A DNA stretch of 64,000 nucleotides from positions 24,588,203 through 24,652,202 of the forward strand of contig JAUZTB010000077.1 in the NCBI GenBank assembly GCA_034780895.1. The letters run 5' to 3'. The notes below the pieces were generated by a model. It was not told where the DNA came from and did no database searches. It was given only the letters and a program-made list of their open reading frames with translations. The DNA is from Rhynchobatus australiae. Lineage: Eukaryota. Made by a program: the position numbers and the translations under genes. Below, one piece after another: positions 25,229-36,983 of this stretch. The stretch's first letter is position 1; every line of letters begins with the position of its first letter.

Positions 25229-25512
25229 CGAAGCTTCTGGTGCACTGTATCCTGGGATTGAGCAGGTCAGCTTCCCTCCTGCTCGCCTACCTGATGATCC
25301 ATCACGAGCGCTCTCTGCTCCAGGCAGTTCACAGGATGGTTTTGTTCAGGCCGATCTCACCCAACCGCGGATTTCTGGAACAGTTACGCAACTTGGACAT
25401 TGAGTTAAGTGAAAAGAAGCAGCAGCGTTTGCAGAGGGAGTTGATGATTCCCCAGAGGACGGAGGGACAACAAATTCAGGCGGAGCCAGTGTCCTTTGCA
25501 GAAGACGCATGA
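25229..25512 (+). CDS. Extra DUSP13-family paralogue, coding exon 3
   Basis: gttag| acceptor after a pyrimidine tract; KLLVHCILGLSRSASLLLAYLM...PNRGFLEQL; stop at 25512; total 672 nt = 223 aa. Confidence 0.9.
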
Positions 25513-25874
25513 TTTCATTAAAGAGCCTTTGCTGATCTGCGGAGAGTTTACTCGCCGGCTGAATTCTGCAAGAGGCTGTATCTAATGCCCCTGCTCATTT
25601 TGCTTATTCGTCTTTTGACTCTTTATTGAAACCACATCAAGTCTCTAACAGTTTGTGAAAGGTACCTCGGCCGACACTGCCAGCAGCCACTGCCCCAGAT
25701 TCCAGCCCCATTCCTCTGCCAGCTCCCACCGCTCCACACCCACAGGGGTCCTCATTATATTGTGTAACCCGCACAGAGTCACAGAGAGACAGAGCACAGA
25801 AACAGGCCCTTCGACCCATCCAATCTGTGCTGACCATCCACCCCCCCCCCATTTACACTGATCCTACATTAATC

Positions 25875-26115
25875 NNNNNNNNNNNNNNNNNNNNNNNNNN
25901 NNNNNNNNNNNNNNCACACACACACACACACTGCAGGCAATTTACAGCGACTAATTAACCCAATGACCCACACGTCTTGGGATGTGGGAGGAAACCGGAG
26001 AACCCGGGGGGAACCCATGTGGTCACGGGGAGAACGTGCAACACACAAACACCAGAAGTCAGGATTGAACCTGTGTCTCTGGTGCAGAGAGGCGGCGGCT
26101 CTCCCCACCGCACTA
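25875..26115 (-). mobile_element. Diverged tRNA-derived SINE
   Basis: GGATGTGGGAGGAAACCGGAG...GGGGAGAACGTGCAA core as in the other SINE copies. Confidence 0.7.
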
Positions 26116-27904
26116 CTGACCCACCCTGCAGTCGTCTCGCTCCCCGCCGGGGGGGGGGGGAGACTTCACTCACATCCCCTGCTCTCTCACTAAACCTCAC
26201 TGCCCTGTGTCACTGAGACAACACGGACACAGCCCCCTTCAGCCCACACGTTCATGTTGACCAGCAACCACCCACTTACACCAACCCCACCTTATCGTCC
26301 CCACCTTCCCATCAGCTCCCCCAGATTCGACACACTAGGCCCATTTACAGCCACCGATTCACCTACCAACTTGCACGTTTTGGGGATGTGGGAGGAGACC
26401 AAAGCACCTGGGGTGAATACGACATAGCCACAGGTAGATAGCACTGTAGGTCAGGGTTGAATCCAGGTCGCAGGAGCTGTGAGGCAGCAGCACTACCTGC
26501 TGCACCCCTGTGCCGACAGCTACCGGTAGTTGCAGTCTGAATATTCCCTCCTCTGTAACCGAGGGTCCTTTCCTCTGCCCCTCCTCACCCCACACCGAGG
26601 GGGGATGTAGAGCGAGTTGGCTGTTTGTTCCAACAAGGTCGCTGTTGGACCTCATTTCACTGGGAGGCCTCAGTGTAACTGACGTTCCACAATAACGAAC
26701 ACTGGAATGTGCAACATTACTGAGGAACACAGAAAGTCCACTGGCCACGTAACTGTTGGCTACACCGAGATAGCAGTGGGCATGTTGTGGGCTGGGCTAC
26801 CTCCTCCCCTCAAAATGCTGTTATTTGTTTTGCCTGTGCTTCCAAGGAGAAGATCACAGAATATTAAGTGCCCACGATGTTTGGCAATTGTGTAAACTGT
26901 TGCTGGCAACTCACCATAGTGAAATAAAGCACTTGTTCTCTCAGCAGGTTTTAATGTCAGGGTCATTTAAAAACATGTTGTTGAATTTTTCCTCTGAACC
27001 AAAATGTTTTTTTAATGTTTCTATCCAAATGTGGAGTTTTTATAAAGTGCAAGGAATGAATTAGTAAAGATCGACTGAATGCGCTGGTTTCAGTGGCTGT
27101 TGGTTACACTCGGCTGCTGTTGAGCCTGTGACTGGCGGCTCAGGGATGGCTTGTGGATTGCCAGATGATATCACCCACTGACACCGTCTCACGTGCTCTG
27201 CCCAGTGAACCGACGGGGAAGGCATTTTCCGCAGCTTCTGAGCTGGTGAACAGGGAAGAACAGGACATAAACTCCCGGTCTGACATTGGAAGGTAAGTCC
27301 CACACGACTCTGCTCTGTAATGGGGATAGAGACACTGCCAGTGCCAGTTTAATGGCTGCTGTCTGGCAGACGAACAATTTGACCTTTTGCCAGCCGGGAG
27401 CAGTGTTTACTGGAAAAGGCGGGACAGTTTCATGGTTGTTTGATCAACTTTGGCTGAAGATTGGGACATTTCTCAAAGCACTTCAAAGCTGAATGACCTG
27501 TGCTACGTGGTTACGTTGTCTCTTTGCACCCAGCATGTTCTCTGCAGGTACATGACTAAGTGTTAGGTCCTTGGCGCCGGTTTGGGGCTCTGATGGTCTG
27601 AGGCATTGCTGGAATGTAAGTTCATATCTCAGTGTCAGCGTAGGGTCCTGTGGTATCCAGTGGCAGCAATGGAGGGCGAAGCCCGAAGGTACTTCCACTG
27701 GTCTGAGAATTTAATCACTTCCAAGCCTCAATGACTTTGATATTTATCCCGCCGTCCTCAGGCGGTGACAACGTAAACTTGTCAGAGAAAACGAGGCATG
27801 AGGAATACTTCAACAAGTTTGTAAGTGTTGTGTGAAGCTTCCTCAACACCTTTGTGAGAAACAACGTTAGATTTTTTACAGCTAATTTATTTTTACGTGT
27901 GTGG

Positions 27905-28015
27905 CATTTAAAGGCAGTGTCCATTTAAAGGCAGTGTCCATTTAAAGGCAGTGTCCATTTAAAGGCAGTGTCCATTTAAAGGCAGTGTCCATTTAAAGGC
28001 AGTGTCCATTTAAAG
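27905..28015. repeat. 17-bp tandem repeat
   Basis: (CATTTAAAGGCAGTGTC)n perfect copies running into N. Confidence 0.95.
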
Positions 28016-28574
28016 NNNNNNNNNNNNNNNNNNNNNNNNNNNNNNNNNNNNNNNNNNNNNNNNNNNNNNNNNNNNNNNNNNNNNNNNNNNNNNNNNNNNN
28101 NNNNNNNNNNNNNNNNNNNNNNNNNNNNNNNNNNNNNNNNNNNNNNNNNGGAGGGGGACAGGAGAGGGGCACGAGAATGACAGGAGAGGGGTGCCCTGCT
28201 AAAGGTGTGCAGCCTCTCACTGACCCACACTGCAGTAACCAGCTGACAGTGGATTGCAGCCTCTCCTGTTTCATCCACTCCTGCCAGCCAATGGTAGGGC
28301 AACAATGGCTACCCTCGGCCCCGATCACTGGGGAAAGTGGCAAATGCAGGACTCACTGCAGGTCCTGAAGTTCTGCAGGATTTACCCCCACCCCTGCTGA
28401 TGAGGGGAGAAATGTGCCTTTTGTTTCCTTGGTCTAAACGTGCAAGATGGTGGCTGTCCACTTCCACCCAATGGGACTGACCCGGAGCTGGTTTACCTCC
28501 TCCCCCACCCAGAGCTGGGGTTCCACCCCCCACCCCTCCCTCTCCCCTCCCTCCCCCACCCAGAGCTGGGTTCC

Positions 28575-28930
28575 AGCTTACCCCTCAGATCTCCTTTACA
28601 TTTCTCCCCTGTCACCTTGAACCTGTGCCCTCTGGTACTAGACTGCCTGTCCTGGGAAAAAGACTCTGCTCTACCTATGCCACTCATGATCTTATAAACC
28701 TCCGTAAGGTCCTCCCTCAGCCTCCTACATTCCAGTGAGAACAAACCCAGCCTGTCCAATCTCTCCCCATATCTCCAGCCCCACCTTTCCAGGCAACGTC
28801 CTGGTGAGCCTCTTCTGCACACCTTCTGTTGCTACCATATCCTTCCTGTAGTGTGGTGACCAGAACTGTACAGTTTAGCTAATGTTTTCTATAATTGCAA
28901 CATGACGTCCCAACTGTTATACCCAATGAA
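28575..28930 (-). mobile_element. CR1 LINE 3' fragment
   Basis: YGERLDRLGLFSLECRRLREDLTEVYKIM...TRGHRFK, the CR1 ORF2 C-terminus. Confidence 0.85.
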
Positions 28931-29570
28931 GGTGAGTGAAACGTACACAACACTCCCCGATCAAACATCGGAGCTGGCACACTGAGTAATGAGGAAGACA
29001 AATGGATTGTTAGTTTCTATTCAAGAGGGACGGGGTCCAAGCGTGAGGCTGCCTATGTACAACAGGCCAACCTCAGTGTAGATTGATGTCAAACAAGGCT
29101 GCTTATCACCCAACACTTTTCTCAGTCTTTCTCTCCACAAAGCTGCACTGCATCTCCAACAAACTCCCTCTGGGAGTGCAGCTAATCCAGCAGTGACTAC
29201 ACTCCACAACCAGGGTCACTAACCTCAGTAATCAGGTAGCTGGCACTTGCGTCGTGCACATTTGGAGGGCCCTGTGCAGGTCAGAGAACGTTTTAGTTTC
29301 CTTATTCAAGGAAGGATAGAGATGTCTTGGAGGCAGTGCAGGGAAAGTTCATGAGATTGATGCCTGGGATGGAGGGCTGTGCTGGGATTCGGCTGGGTGG
29401 TTCTTCAGCCTGTTTAGGAGAGACGTGACCTCATTGAAACACTCAAGGTTCTAAGGGGTGGGTCAAACACATTGCTGTGTGTTTGGAATTATTTTTGTTT
29501 CAATACAAAGTAGTCACTGGAGAGGGTGTTGCAGCTTGTAAGGGAATGACGTTATTCTCTGGGTTTCAGC

Positions 29571-29734
29571 ATGGAGGGATCGTTCCACAGACACAGATCT
29601 CGCTCTGGTTTGCAGAGTAGAACTGAAGATGACTATGAACCTCCGCCGATGTCAGAGCTCCAGCAATGTCTGTGGACGAGGGCATCCTCAAGTCATGTGG
29701 ACCAGGTTTGGCCGAACCTTCACCTGGGAGATGC
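29571..29734 (+). CDS. DUSP13B: DUSP13B (TMDP-like) coding exon 1
   Basis: tttcag|cATG; MEGSFHRHRSR...DYEPPPMSELQQCLWTRASSSHVDQVWPNLHLGD versus human TMDP YQPPTLASLQRLLW as recalled; donor GC|GTAAGA, phase 2. Confidence 0.87.
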
Positions 29735-30029
29735 GTAAGACTCCAGCCTTACAATTACCCACCTTTTACCTGAAAACCAGGGAGTTTATGGACTGGGTTC
29801 CAGTGGGAAACACACCAATCAGTCCACCCCATTGGTACAGGCACCACTGCCATTTTAACCATCAACCTTCTTTACATTACCTGCCAGCAGAGGTCATTGG
29901 CTGGTTGCCAATTCAGTGGGGAAGCAGAGTGTGGGATTCTGGGGAGGGGGAGTGTGGGAATCTGGGGATTTTTTTTATTAATTCAGGAATTGTGGGCTTC
30001 ACAGGCTGAACCAGCATTTAATTCTGCCC

Positions 30030-30420
30030 CCCACCCCCCGTTACCCTGGAAAAGGTGGGGGTGACCTGCTTTCTTTGACCGCTGCAGTCCTTGAGGTGTG
30101 GGTACACCCACAGTGCTGTCAGGGAGGGAGTTACAGGATTTTGACCCAGTGACGGTGAAGGACCGGCGATATATTTCCCAGTCAGGATGGGGTGTGTCTT
30201 GGAGGGCAACTTCCAGGGGGTGGTGTTCCCTGTGCTTTTGCTGCCCTTGTCCTTCTAGCTGGTAGAGGTGGTGGGTTTGGGAGGTGCTGTCTGAGGGGTC
30301 TTGGTGACTTGCTACAGTGCACCCTGTAGATGGTACGCACTGCTGCTCTGTGTGTTGGTGGTGGAGGGAGTGAGTGGTGGTGGACGGGGTGTCAGCTTGT
30401 ATGGTGTTTAGATTCTTGGG
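30030..30420 (-). mobile_element. CR1-like LINE 3' end fragment
   Basis: Minus-strand peptides SKSCNSLPDSTVGVPTPQGLQRSKKA / PHLKDCSG typical of a shark CR1-like tail. Confidence 0.65.
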
Positions 30421-30629
30421 TGATGTGGAAATCTGGGGAAGGGGATTGGGAAGAGGAGTGCAGGAAACTGGGGAAGGGGATCGGGAATGGGAGATGGGAA
30501 CCCGGGGAGGAGATGCCAGCTCCACAAAGGGAGGTTTGAAACTTACCCACAGACCAGGTATTTAACAGCATCTGAGGCCAGGTTAAAGTTGTGCATATTT
30601 GCCTTCAAAACTTTTTCCAGTCAAATCAG

Positions 30630-31935
30630 AAATGCTCAGGATTGACAACACCTCTTCCCACTCAGTCCATCCCCTCCTCCCAGTTCCTCCCATGGTGAGG
30701 CTTTCCATTCTGGGACATCGGAGGTGTCCTCCTTTTTCAGTGACAGAGGTTTCCCTTCCATCACCATTAATGCTGCTGTTACCTGTATCTCCTCCACTTC
30801 CACACATCTGCCCTCACCCCTCCCCTCACTGACATAACAGGGACAGGGTTCCCCTTGTCCTCACCTCCCACCCCACGAGCCCCCGTACCCAACACATCAT
30901 TGTCCACAACTTCCACTGCCTCCAACGGGATCCCACCACCAGATGCATCTTCCTCTCACCCCCTCTCTCTGCACCTCCCTTGTCCACTCATCCCTCCCCA
31001 CTGCTNNNNNNNNNNNNNNNNNNNNNNNNNNNNNNNNNNNNNNNNNNNNNNNNNNNNNNNNNNNNNNNNNNNNNNNNNNNNNNNNNNNNNNNNNNNNNNN
31101 NNNNNNNNNNNNNNNNNNNNNNNNNNNNNNNNNNNNNNNNNNNNNNNNNNNNNNNNNNNNNNNNNNNNNNNNNNNNNNNNNNNNNNNNNNNNNNNNNNNN
31201 NNNNNNNNNNNNNNNNNNNNNNNNNNNNNNNNNNNNNNNNNNNNNNNNNNNNNNNNNNNNNNNNNNNNNNNNNNNNNNNNNNNNNNNNNNNNNNNNNNNN
31301 NNNNNNNNNNNNNNNNNNNNNNNNNNNNNNNNNNNNNNNNNNNNNNNNNNNNNNNNNNNNNNNNNNNNNNNNNNNNNNNNNNNNNNNNNNNNNNNNNNNN
31401 NNNNNNNNNNNNNNNNNNNNNNNNNNNNNNNNNNNNNNNNNNNNNNNNNNNNNNNNNNNNNNNNNNNNNNNNNNNNNNNNNNNNNNNNNNNNNNNNNNNN
31501 NNNNNNNNNNNNNNNNNNNNNNNNNNNNNNNNNNNNNNNNNNNNNNNNNNNNNNNNNNNNNNNNNNNNNNNNNNNNNNNNNNNNNNNNNNNNNNNNNNNN
31601 NNNNNNNNNNNNNNNNNNNNNNNNNNNNNNNNNNNNNNNNNNNNNNNNNNNNNNNNNNNNNNNNNNNNNNNNNNNNNNNNNNNNNNNNNNNNNNNNNNNN
31701 NNNNNNNNNNNNNNNNNNNNNNNNNNNNNNNNNNNNNNNNNNNNNNNNNNNNNNNNNNNNNNNNNNNNNNNNNNNNNNNNNNNNNNNNNNNNNNNNNNNN
31801 NNNNNNNNNNNNNNNNNNNNNNNNNNNNNNNNNNNNNNNNNNNNNNNNNNNNTAGATGCTGCCTGACCTGTTGAGTTCCTCCAGCACTTTGTGTGTCTTG
31901 CCCCAGATTCCAGCATCTGCAGAATCTCTTGTGTC
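30630..31935 (+). mobile_element. Penelope-like retroelement fragment (partly N)
   Basis: NRDRVPLVLTSHP...HIIVHNFHCLQRDPTT linker peptide; terminal GATGCTGCCTGACCTGTTGAGTTCCTCCAGCA. Confidence 0.7.
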
Positions 31936-32906
31936 TCTGCTCAGCTGCTGATTTTTTTGAATGATTTTAACTCCCCGTTTACCCACTTCCAAATATTCAC
32001 TGGAACGTTGCCAGTGCCTCTTTAATGTATGTTTATGTCATAGAACACAAAATCTAGGACCAGCAATAGGCCAGTTAGCCTTTTCAGCCTAATTTTCATT
32101 CTATAACAATTTGTTAACCTATTTCTTGTGAGTTATTCCAGTTCTGGTTTGGGCCGTTTCCTTCCATTGGTAATGTCCCTGAAACTTATGAAACACCAAA
32201 ACAGCACAGACAGGATGGTGAGAGAGATCCCTGTCAGCTGTGAATTATGAAGATTTGTTGCCTTTGGCACCTGGGAAAGGATGTCTCAGCCTCACCCACT
32301 GTCTCCCTGTGAGCTATGGGACGCTTCTGCATTTGGGTAGAAATTGGTGAAACAGATGTTACAGTGAGTGAGGTTTGGTGTTGAACAGTGCGAGTACACC
32401 TCAACCAGGAGGTTTGTGTTCTTGCAATGTCCAGACAAGGAAGGGAACGATTCAATCTGTGGAGTCTCTCTCCAACAAATGAGAAATTGTTCCCAGAAAC
32501 TTTAAACATTTAAAACCAAATATTACAGAATTCTTATACTTCCCGTTTGGCTCCTGTGTCCCTTTCTTGCCCTCTCTGCCTGATCTTCCGCCCCTTTATC
32601 TCTCTTCAGGTACTTGGATCGACTCAAATTCACCCCTCTTCCACCCTTTTCTCCTTGTAACTCAATGGTTAAAGAGGGACTGCTGACTCCATCATTCACC
32701 AAGGTCCTCGTCACCCTGGTGACGGAGTTTAGTCTGACCCTGACCCTGAGTGAAGACCGATCACCACATCCTCCGATAAACTCCAAGTCAATGCTTTAAT
32801 TAGTTTTGTTTTGGCATGTGTGAGATATTGTCTTTGGGAAATAACAAGAACAAGAAGTCTAACGCTGTTTATATTCTGAATAAAACACTGGTTTAATTTT
32901 TTGCAG

Positions 32907-33127
32907 ATGGACAGCTCGCGACAAGCTGATGCTTCAGCATCTGGGGATTACACATGTCCTCAATGCTGCCGATGGGAAATTCAACATTAACACTGGAGCC
33001 ACTTACTACAAGGACATGAACATACAATACTATGGAATCGAAGCATTTGATGCCACGGATTTTAACATGAGTCCCTTCTTTTATCCAGCTGCAAAATTTA
33101 TCAGAGCTGGTCTCAACACTGTAGGTG
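32907..33127 (+). CDS. DUSP13B: DUSP13B coding exon 2
   Basis: ttgcag| acceptor, G|GTAAGT donor; WTARDKLMLQHLGITHVLNAADGKFNINTGATYYKDMNIQYYGIEAFD; 221 nt. Confidence 0.92.
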
Positions 33128-33759
33128 GTAAGTCATTGAGATGCTGTGTGGCATTCAGTGGAATCTGTGGGTTGGGTCAAAAACTCCTCTTTCACATCTC
33201 TCGCTGCGGAGCAACACGTGTTCAGTCTGTGCCCTTCAGCAGGTTCATGGTGTGGGGCTACATCGGCATTCCAAACTCACGGCGTGCCACAGTGACCCAC
33301 AATGAATGAATCAACCTGGAAATATTTGGTGACAGTTCAGAGATCTCTTGGGTTTGTGTTTAAACTCAGGAGGGGTTCTTGAACCAGCTTCTAATTCAAA
33401 GCCAAAAGCAAACCAGCCAACATTATTACACAGGGTTTATTGTAAAACAGTGTCAGCGATGAGTTGGAGACGGGGCAGGTGGTTCCCTCCGTACACTGAA
33501 CACAATCTGCTCCTCAGAAAAATGTTTCTTTAAAGGGCAAAGGAAACGGGAACTTCAGCAACTACTCACAATAATAGCAGAGCAAATTCCCAGAAGAACC
33601 AGTGAGGACAATTCCCGTCTAATCCCCGTGCAGAGGATCAGTCTGTCGGTTGCTGCAATAAAGTCACCGCCCAGTTACCCACCAGCACCTGTCAGAAAAT
33701 GGAGATCCCCGAGGTCCCCGGAGTGAAGGGACAGGATGGGCACCCACTGGCCCGGGGGG

Positions 33760-34100
33760 TACACCCGACACCCCCACCCCGACACCCCTGACACTCCCCA
33801 CCCCGACACCCCAACACCCCCCANNNNNNNNNNNNNNNNNNNNNNNNNNNNNNNNNNNNNNNNNNNNNNNNNNNNNNNNNNNNNNNNNNNNNNNNNNNNN
33901 NNNNNNNNNNNNNNNNNNNNNNNNNNNNNNNNNNNNNNNNNNNNNNNNNNNNNNNNNNNNNNNNNNNNNNNNNNNNNNNNNNNNNNNNNNACCCCCACCC
34001 CGACACCCCCCACCCCGACACCCCAACACCCCCCCCCCCGACCCCTGACACCCCGACCCCTGACACCCCGACCCCTGACACCCCGACCCCTGACACCCCG
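33760..34100. repeat. C-rich low-complexity tandem repeat (ACCCCTGACACCCCG)n
   Basis: 15-bp and shorter C4-run units either side of an N block. Confidence 0.85.
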
Positions 34101-34953
34101 GGGGTTCTTTTATTTCAAAAATAAACTTTATTCATAATTTGAAAACATCTATAATGGAAGAAACGGCGCCGAAGAAAAGTTTAAATTCCTGGCGGTTTCA
34201 TTCAGAACAGACGGGCGGCCCCGTTGCCCCTCTGTGGTCCCCTGAGGGACTGTTCGAAGGTCCCCCCCACCCACCTCTCCCCATCCTCGCAGGAGGAGCC
34301 CGGACTCTGATCCTTCCCCACAGAGCCGGGCGTGAACCGGGTGTTTCCAGCACCGCCGCCGCGTGAGCTGGACCCGGACACCGAGGTCAGTGAGGCGGCA
34401 AGAACCGAGTTCCCCCTGAGGGACCAAGGAAGGGGCTTTGCGAGGGGTTGTCCCTCCGAGGCCAGCAGGAAGCGTGGGCAGGAGCTTGGCCCTTCACTGC
34501 CGGGAGGGAATGCAGTCTCACTCCGACAGGCTGTGGGTTCAAGTACAGTTCCGGAGAAATCTCGGCACTGGGGCTCTGTGTTGTTCTCCGTCGGGACTGT
34601 CCCTGCTGCCTGAAGTTACAGACTCGGGGCAGTTCTGGTTCCATCAGCAGCGGGTGGTAAAATCCCAAACCACATTCCCGCAGGACCCGTGACACGGGAG
34701 AGAAGGGAACGGCCAGCGGCAGATCCGGGCTGTGTCCAAATCTGATCGGGGAATGGAGGGGCGCAGAACTCACCCCTTGTCCCCGGGTCTAGTTAATGCT
34801 TTAAACGCAATTTATAGAGATTCCCATCAGCTCCGCCAAAGGGGTCAAGAAAGTGAAGAAAGTGTCAAAGTGCAGGTGATGGGAATGACCATGTTCTGCG
34901 ACCACGGGCGCTGATGGATCTCCCTCCCTCCTCACTCCCTCCTCTCTCTGCAG

Positions 34954-35153
34954 GGAAAGTCTTTGTTCACTGTGCAATGGGAATCAGCCGGGCGGCCACC
35001 CTGGTTCTCGCCTTCCTGATGATCTGTGAAAAGATGACCCTGGTCGAGGCCATTAAAACTGTCAGCGCGCACAGAAATATCTCGCCCAACTACGGCTTCC
35101 TCGGTCAGCTCCGGGACCTCGACAGAACCCTGGTGAGGGAAAGGAGAAGGTGA
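34954..35153 (+). CDS. DUSP13B: DUSP13B coding exon 3
   Basis: ctgcag| acceptor; [45 protein letters not shown] versus human [45 protein letters not shown] as recalled; total 585 nt = 194 aa. Confidence 0.93.
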
Positions 35154-35592
35154 CCGGTGACTTCACCGGGCCGCAGTCACCTGAAAACTCTGCAGAAAGG
35201 AACGGGACAACAGAACAGACAGAACTTTACGAACCTTCGGCTTCCAGTTCAGGTCAACACCCCCGGACATTGTTCACCGGCACCTCAAATGTCCTCGATT
35301 CAATCCCAGTCCTGCGCTTTGGTCAGTCCGTGAACTGTTGTTACCGGCTTGCAGAGGTAACACGGCAGAAAACTGGTGCTTCAAGTTAATGTTGTTTTGG
35401 GGAGACTCCGAGCACCATCCCGGGAGGGGACGGCTCCCCCATCAACAGGTCGCTGGTGTCCCTGGACATCGGGTGAGGACCCGCCGAGATTTGGGGGAGT
35501 GCCCAATCCAGTAACACAGTGAATAGGAAACCTAACATGACATTTCTCCCAATATTTACTTGCAGTGTCCGTTTATTTTGAAGTGTAGCGAT

Positions 35593-35598
35593 AATAAA
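35593..35598 (+). terminator. Candidate polyA signal of DUSP13B
   Basis: AATAAA 440 nt after the stop, in an AT-rich patch. Confidence 0.45.
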
Positions 35599-36699
35599 TT
35601 GCAGTAAACACCAAATGTCCGGCAATTGACTGTAAAATGTTTTAGTTGTTACCGGTTGCTTCATCGCCGCCCTCCCCCGTTAGATCAGGGAGCGGGACTC
35701 ACACAACGACGGACTGATAGTCTCCGTGACTCCGAGGAATGGTAAATAGTCAATTTGCCGGGCCACAACCTCACCCATCGTTGGCGATGGGCTAGAGGTG
35801 GAGCCAAGGGAAATGCCGCTGTGCACTCCTGCTGGTGACGGCCGCCGGGAGCCTGGGTCTCCGCCTCACACGGCCACAGGTCACAGCGCACGAGGTTACT
35901 GGCCTGACCACTTTGGGCAACTTTGGGCTGTGGGTTAGAAGGAGTCGGGTGTGGGAGGTCCCCCGGTTCAGGAGGGATGCTCCATTCTGGATGGCCAAAA
36001 CTCTAATTGTCTCCCGAACCTCTGTTGAGCAATGTGACTTGTTCATCTTAGGCCAGGCANNNNNNNNNNNNNNNNNNNNNNNNNNNNNNNNNNNNNNNNN
36101 NNNNNNNNNNNNNNNNNNNNNNNNNNNNNNNNNNNNNNNNNNNNNNNNNNNNNNNNNNNCAAAGCTTCTAGGATTTGGGATTTTGGGTCTTAATAACCCG
36201 AAACTCCGTGCGGTTTAAGCGGCACAACTGAACACTTTCTGCAGACTGCGTTACACACCCGCAATAGCATCGAACCCACTGTCCTGCATCCCAGAGACAA
36301 GGTTGTCAGAGGGACCCCCCTCTCCACCTCCAATGTCACTGCAGGAAGCGGCAGGGGAACTTCGCCCCTGTTACCAGTTTGTTCAATTAGGCTGAAGGTA
36401 TTTGCTCTGGAGCAGGATCTCTGTCCACAGGGCAGGAGAGCCTCATTCAACATGCCGTCTGCCGTTCTCTGGGAACGTCGAGGAACCGGGGACAGTAAAA
36501 TACACCGGAGGGCGAGCGGAGACCCACCCTAACACCTGTGGCTCAGATCCCTTCACACTCCCGTACCCGAGGCGGCGCCGCCCGATCCGGATCGGGAGTC
36601 AGCACCGAGAATTCATCACTGCCACTCCCGTTCAGATGGTCAATAATCAGTAGCTGGTCTGAAGCGGTAATCGATCCGCGTCGGCGAGTTTACACACAC

Positions 36700-36983
36700 A
36701 CCGGCAGTCCAATTAGTTTACAGCTTAGTGGTAAAATTCCTTATGAACTAATTAATAATCAACCTCCGAGCAATGGCCGATCCGACAGGGACGAGTCCGG
36801 CCGCTGGAGCCAGGATGTGCTCCCAGGGTTGGGAATTCAGGCTCTGGTTATAAATAGTCCGTCTGGTGCCGCGACGGCTCAGCAAAGGGCAAAATCAGCA
36901 GCTGCCGCCCTCAGAGAGACGGAGGGAGGGGAGGGGAGGGGAGGGGAGGGGAGGGGAGGGCGGCGGACGGAGGCTGTCCCGCA
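36700..36983 (+). promoter_or_regulatory. DUSP29: Probable DUSP29 promoter and non-coding exon 1
   Basis: CpG-rich; CCAAT and TAATTA upstream; TTATAAATAG 36848-36857 fits both TATA and MEF2 YTAWWWWTAR; E-box CAGCTG 36899; donor GCA|GTGAGT at 36983/4; matching acceptor ccag| at 40810. Confidence 0.6.
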
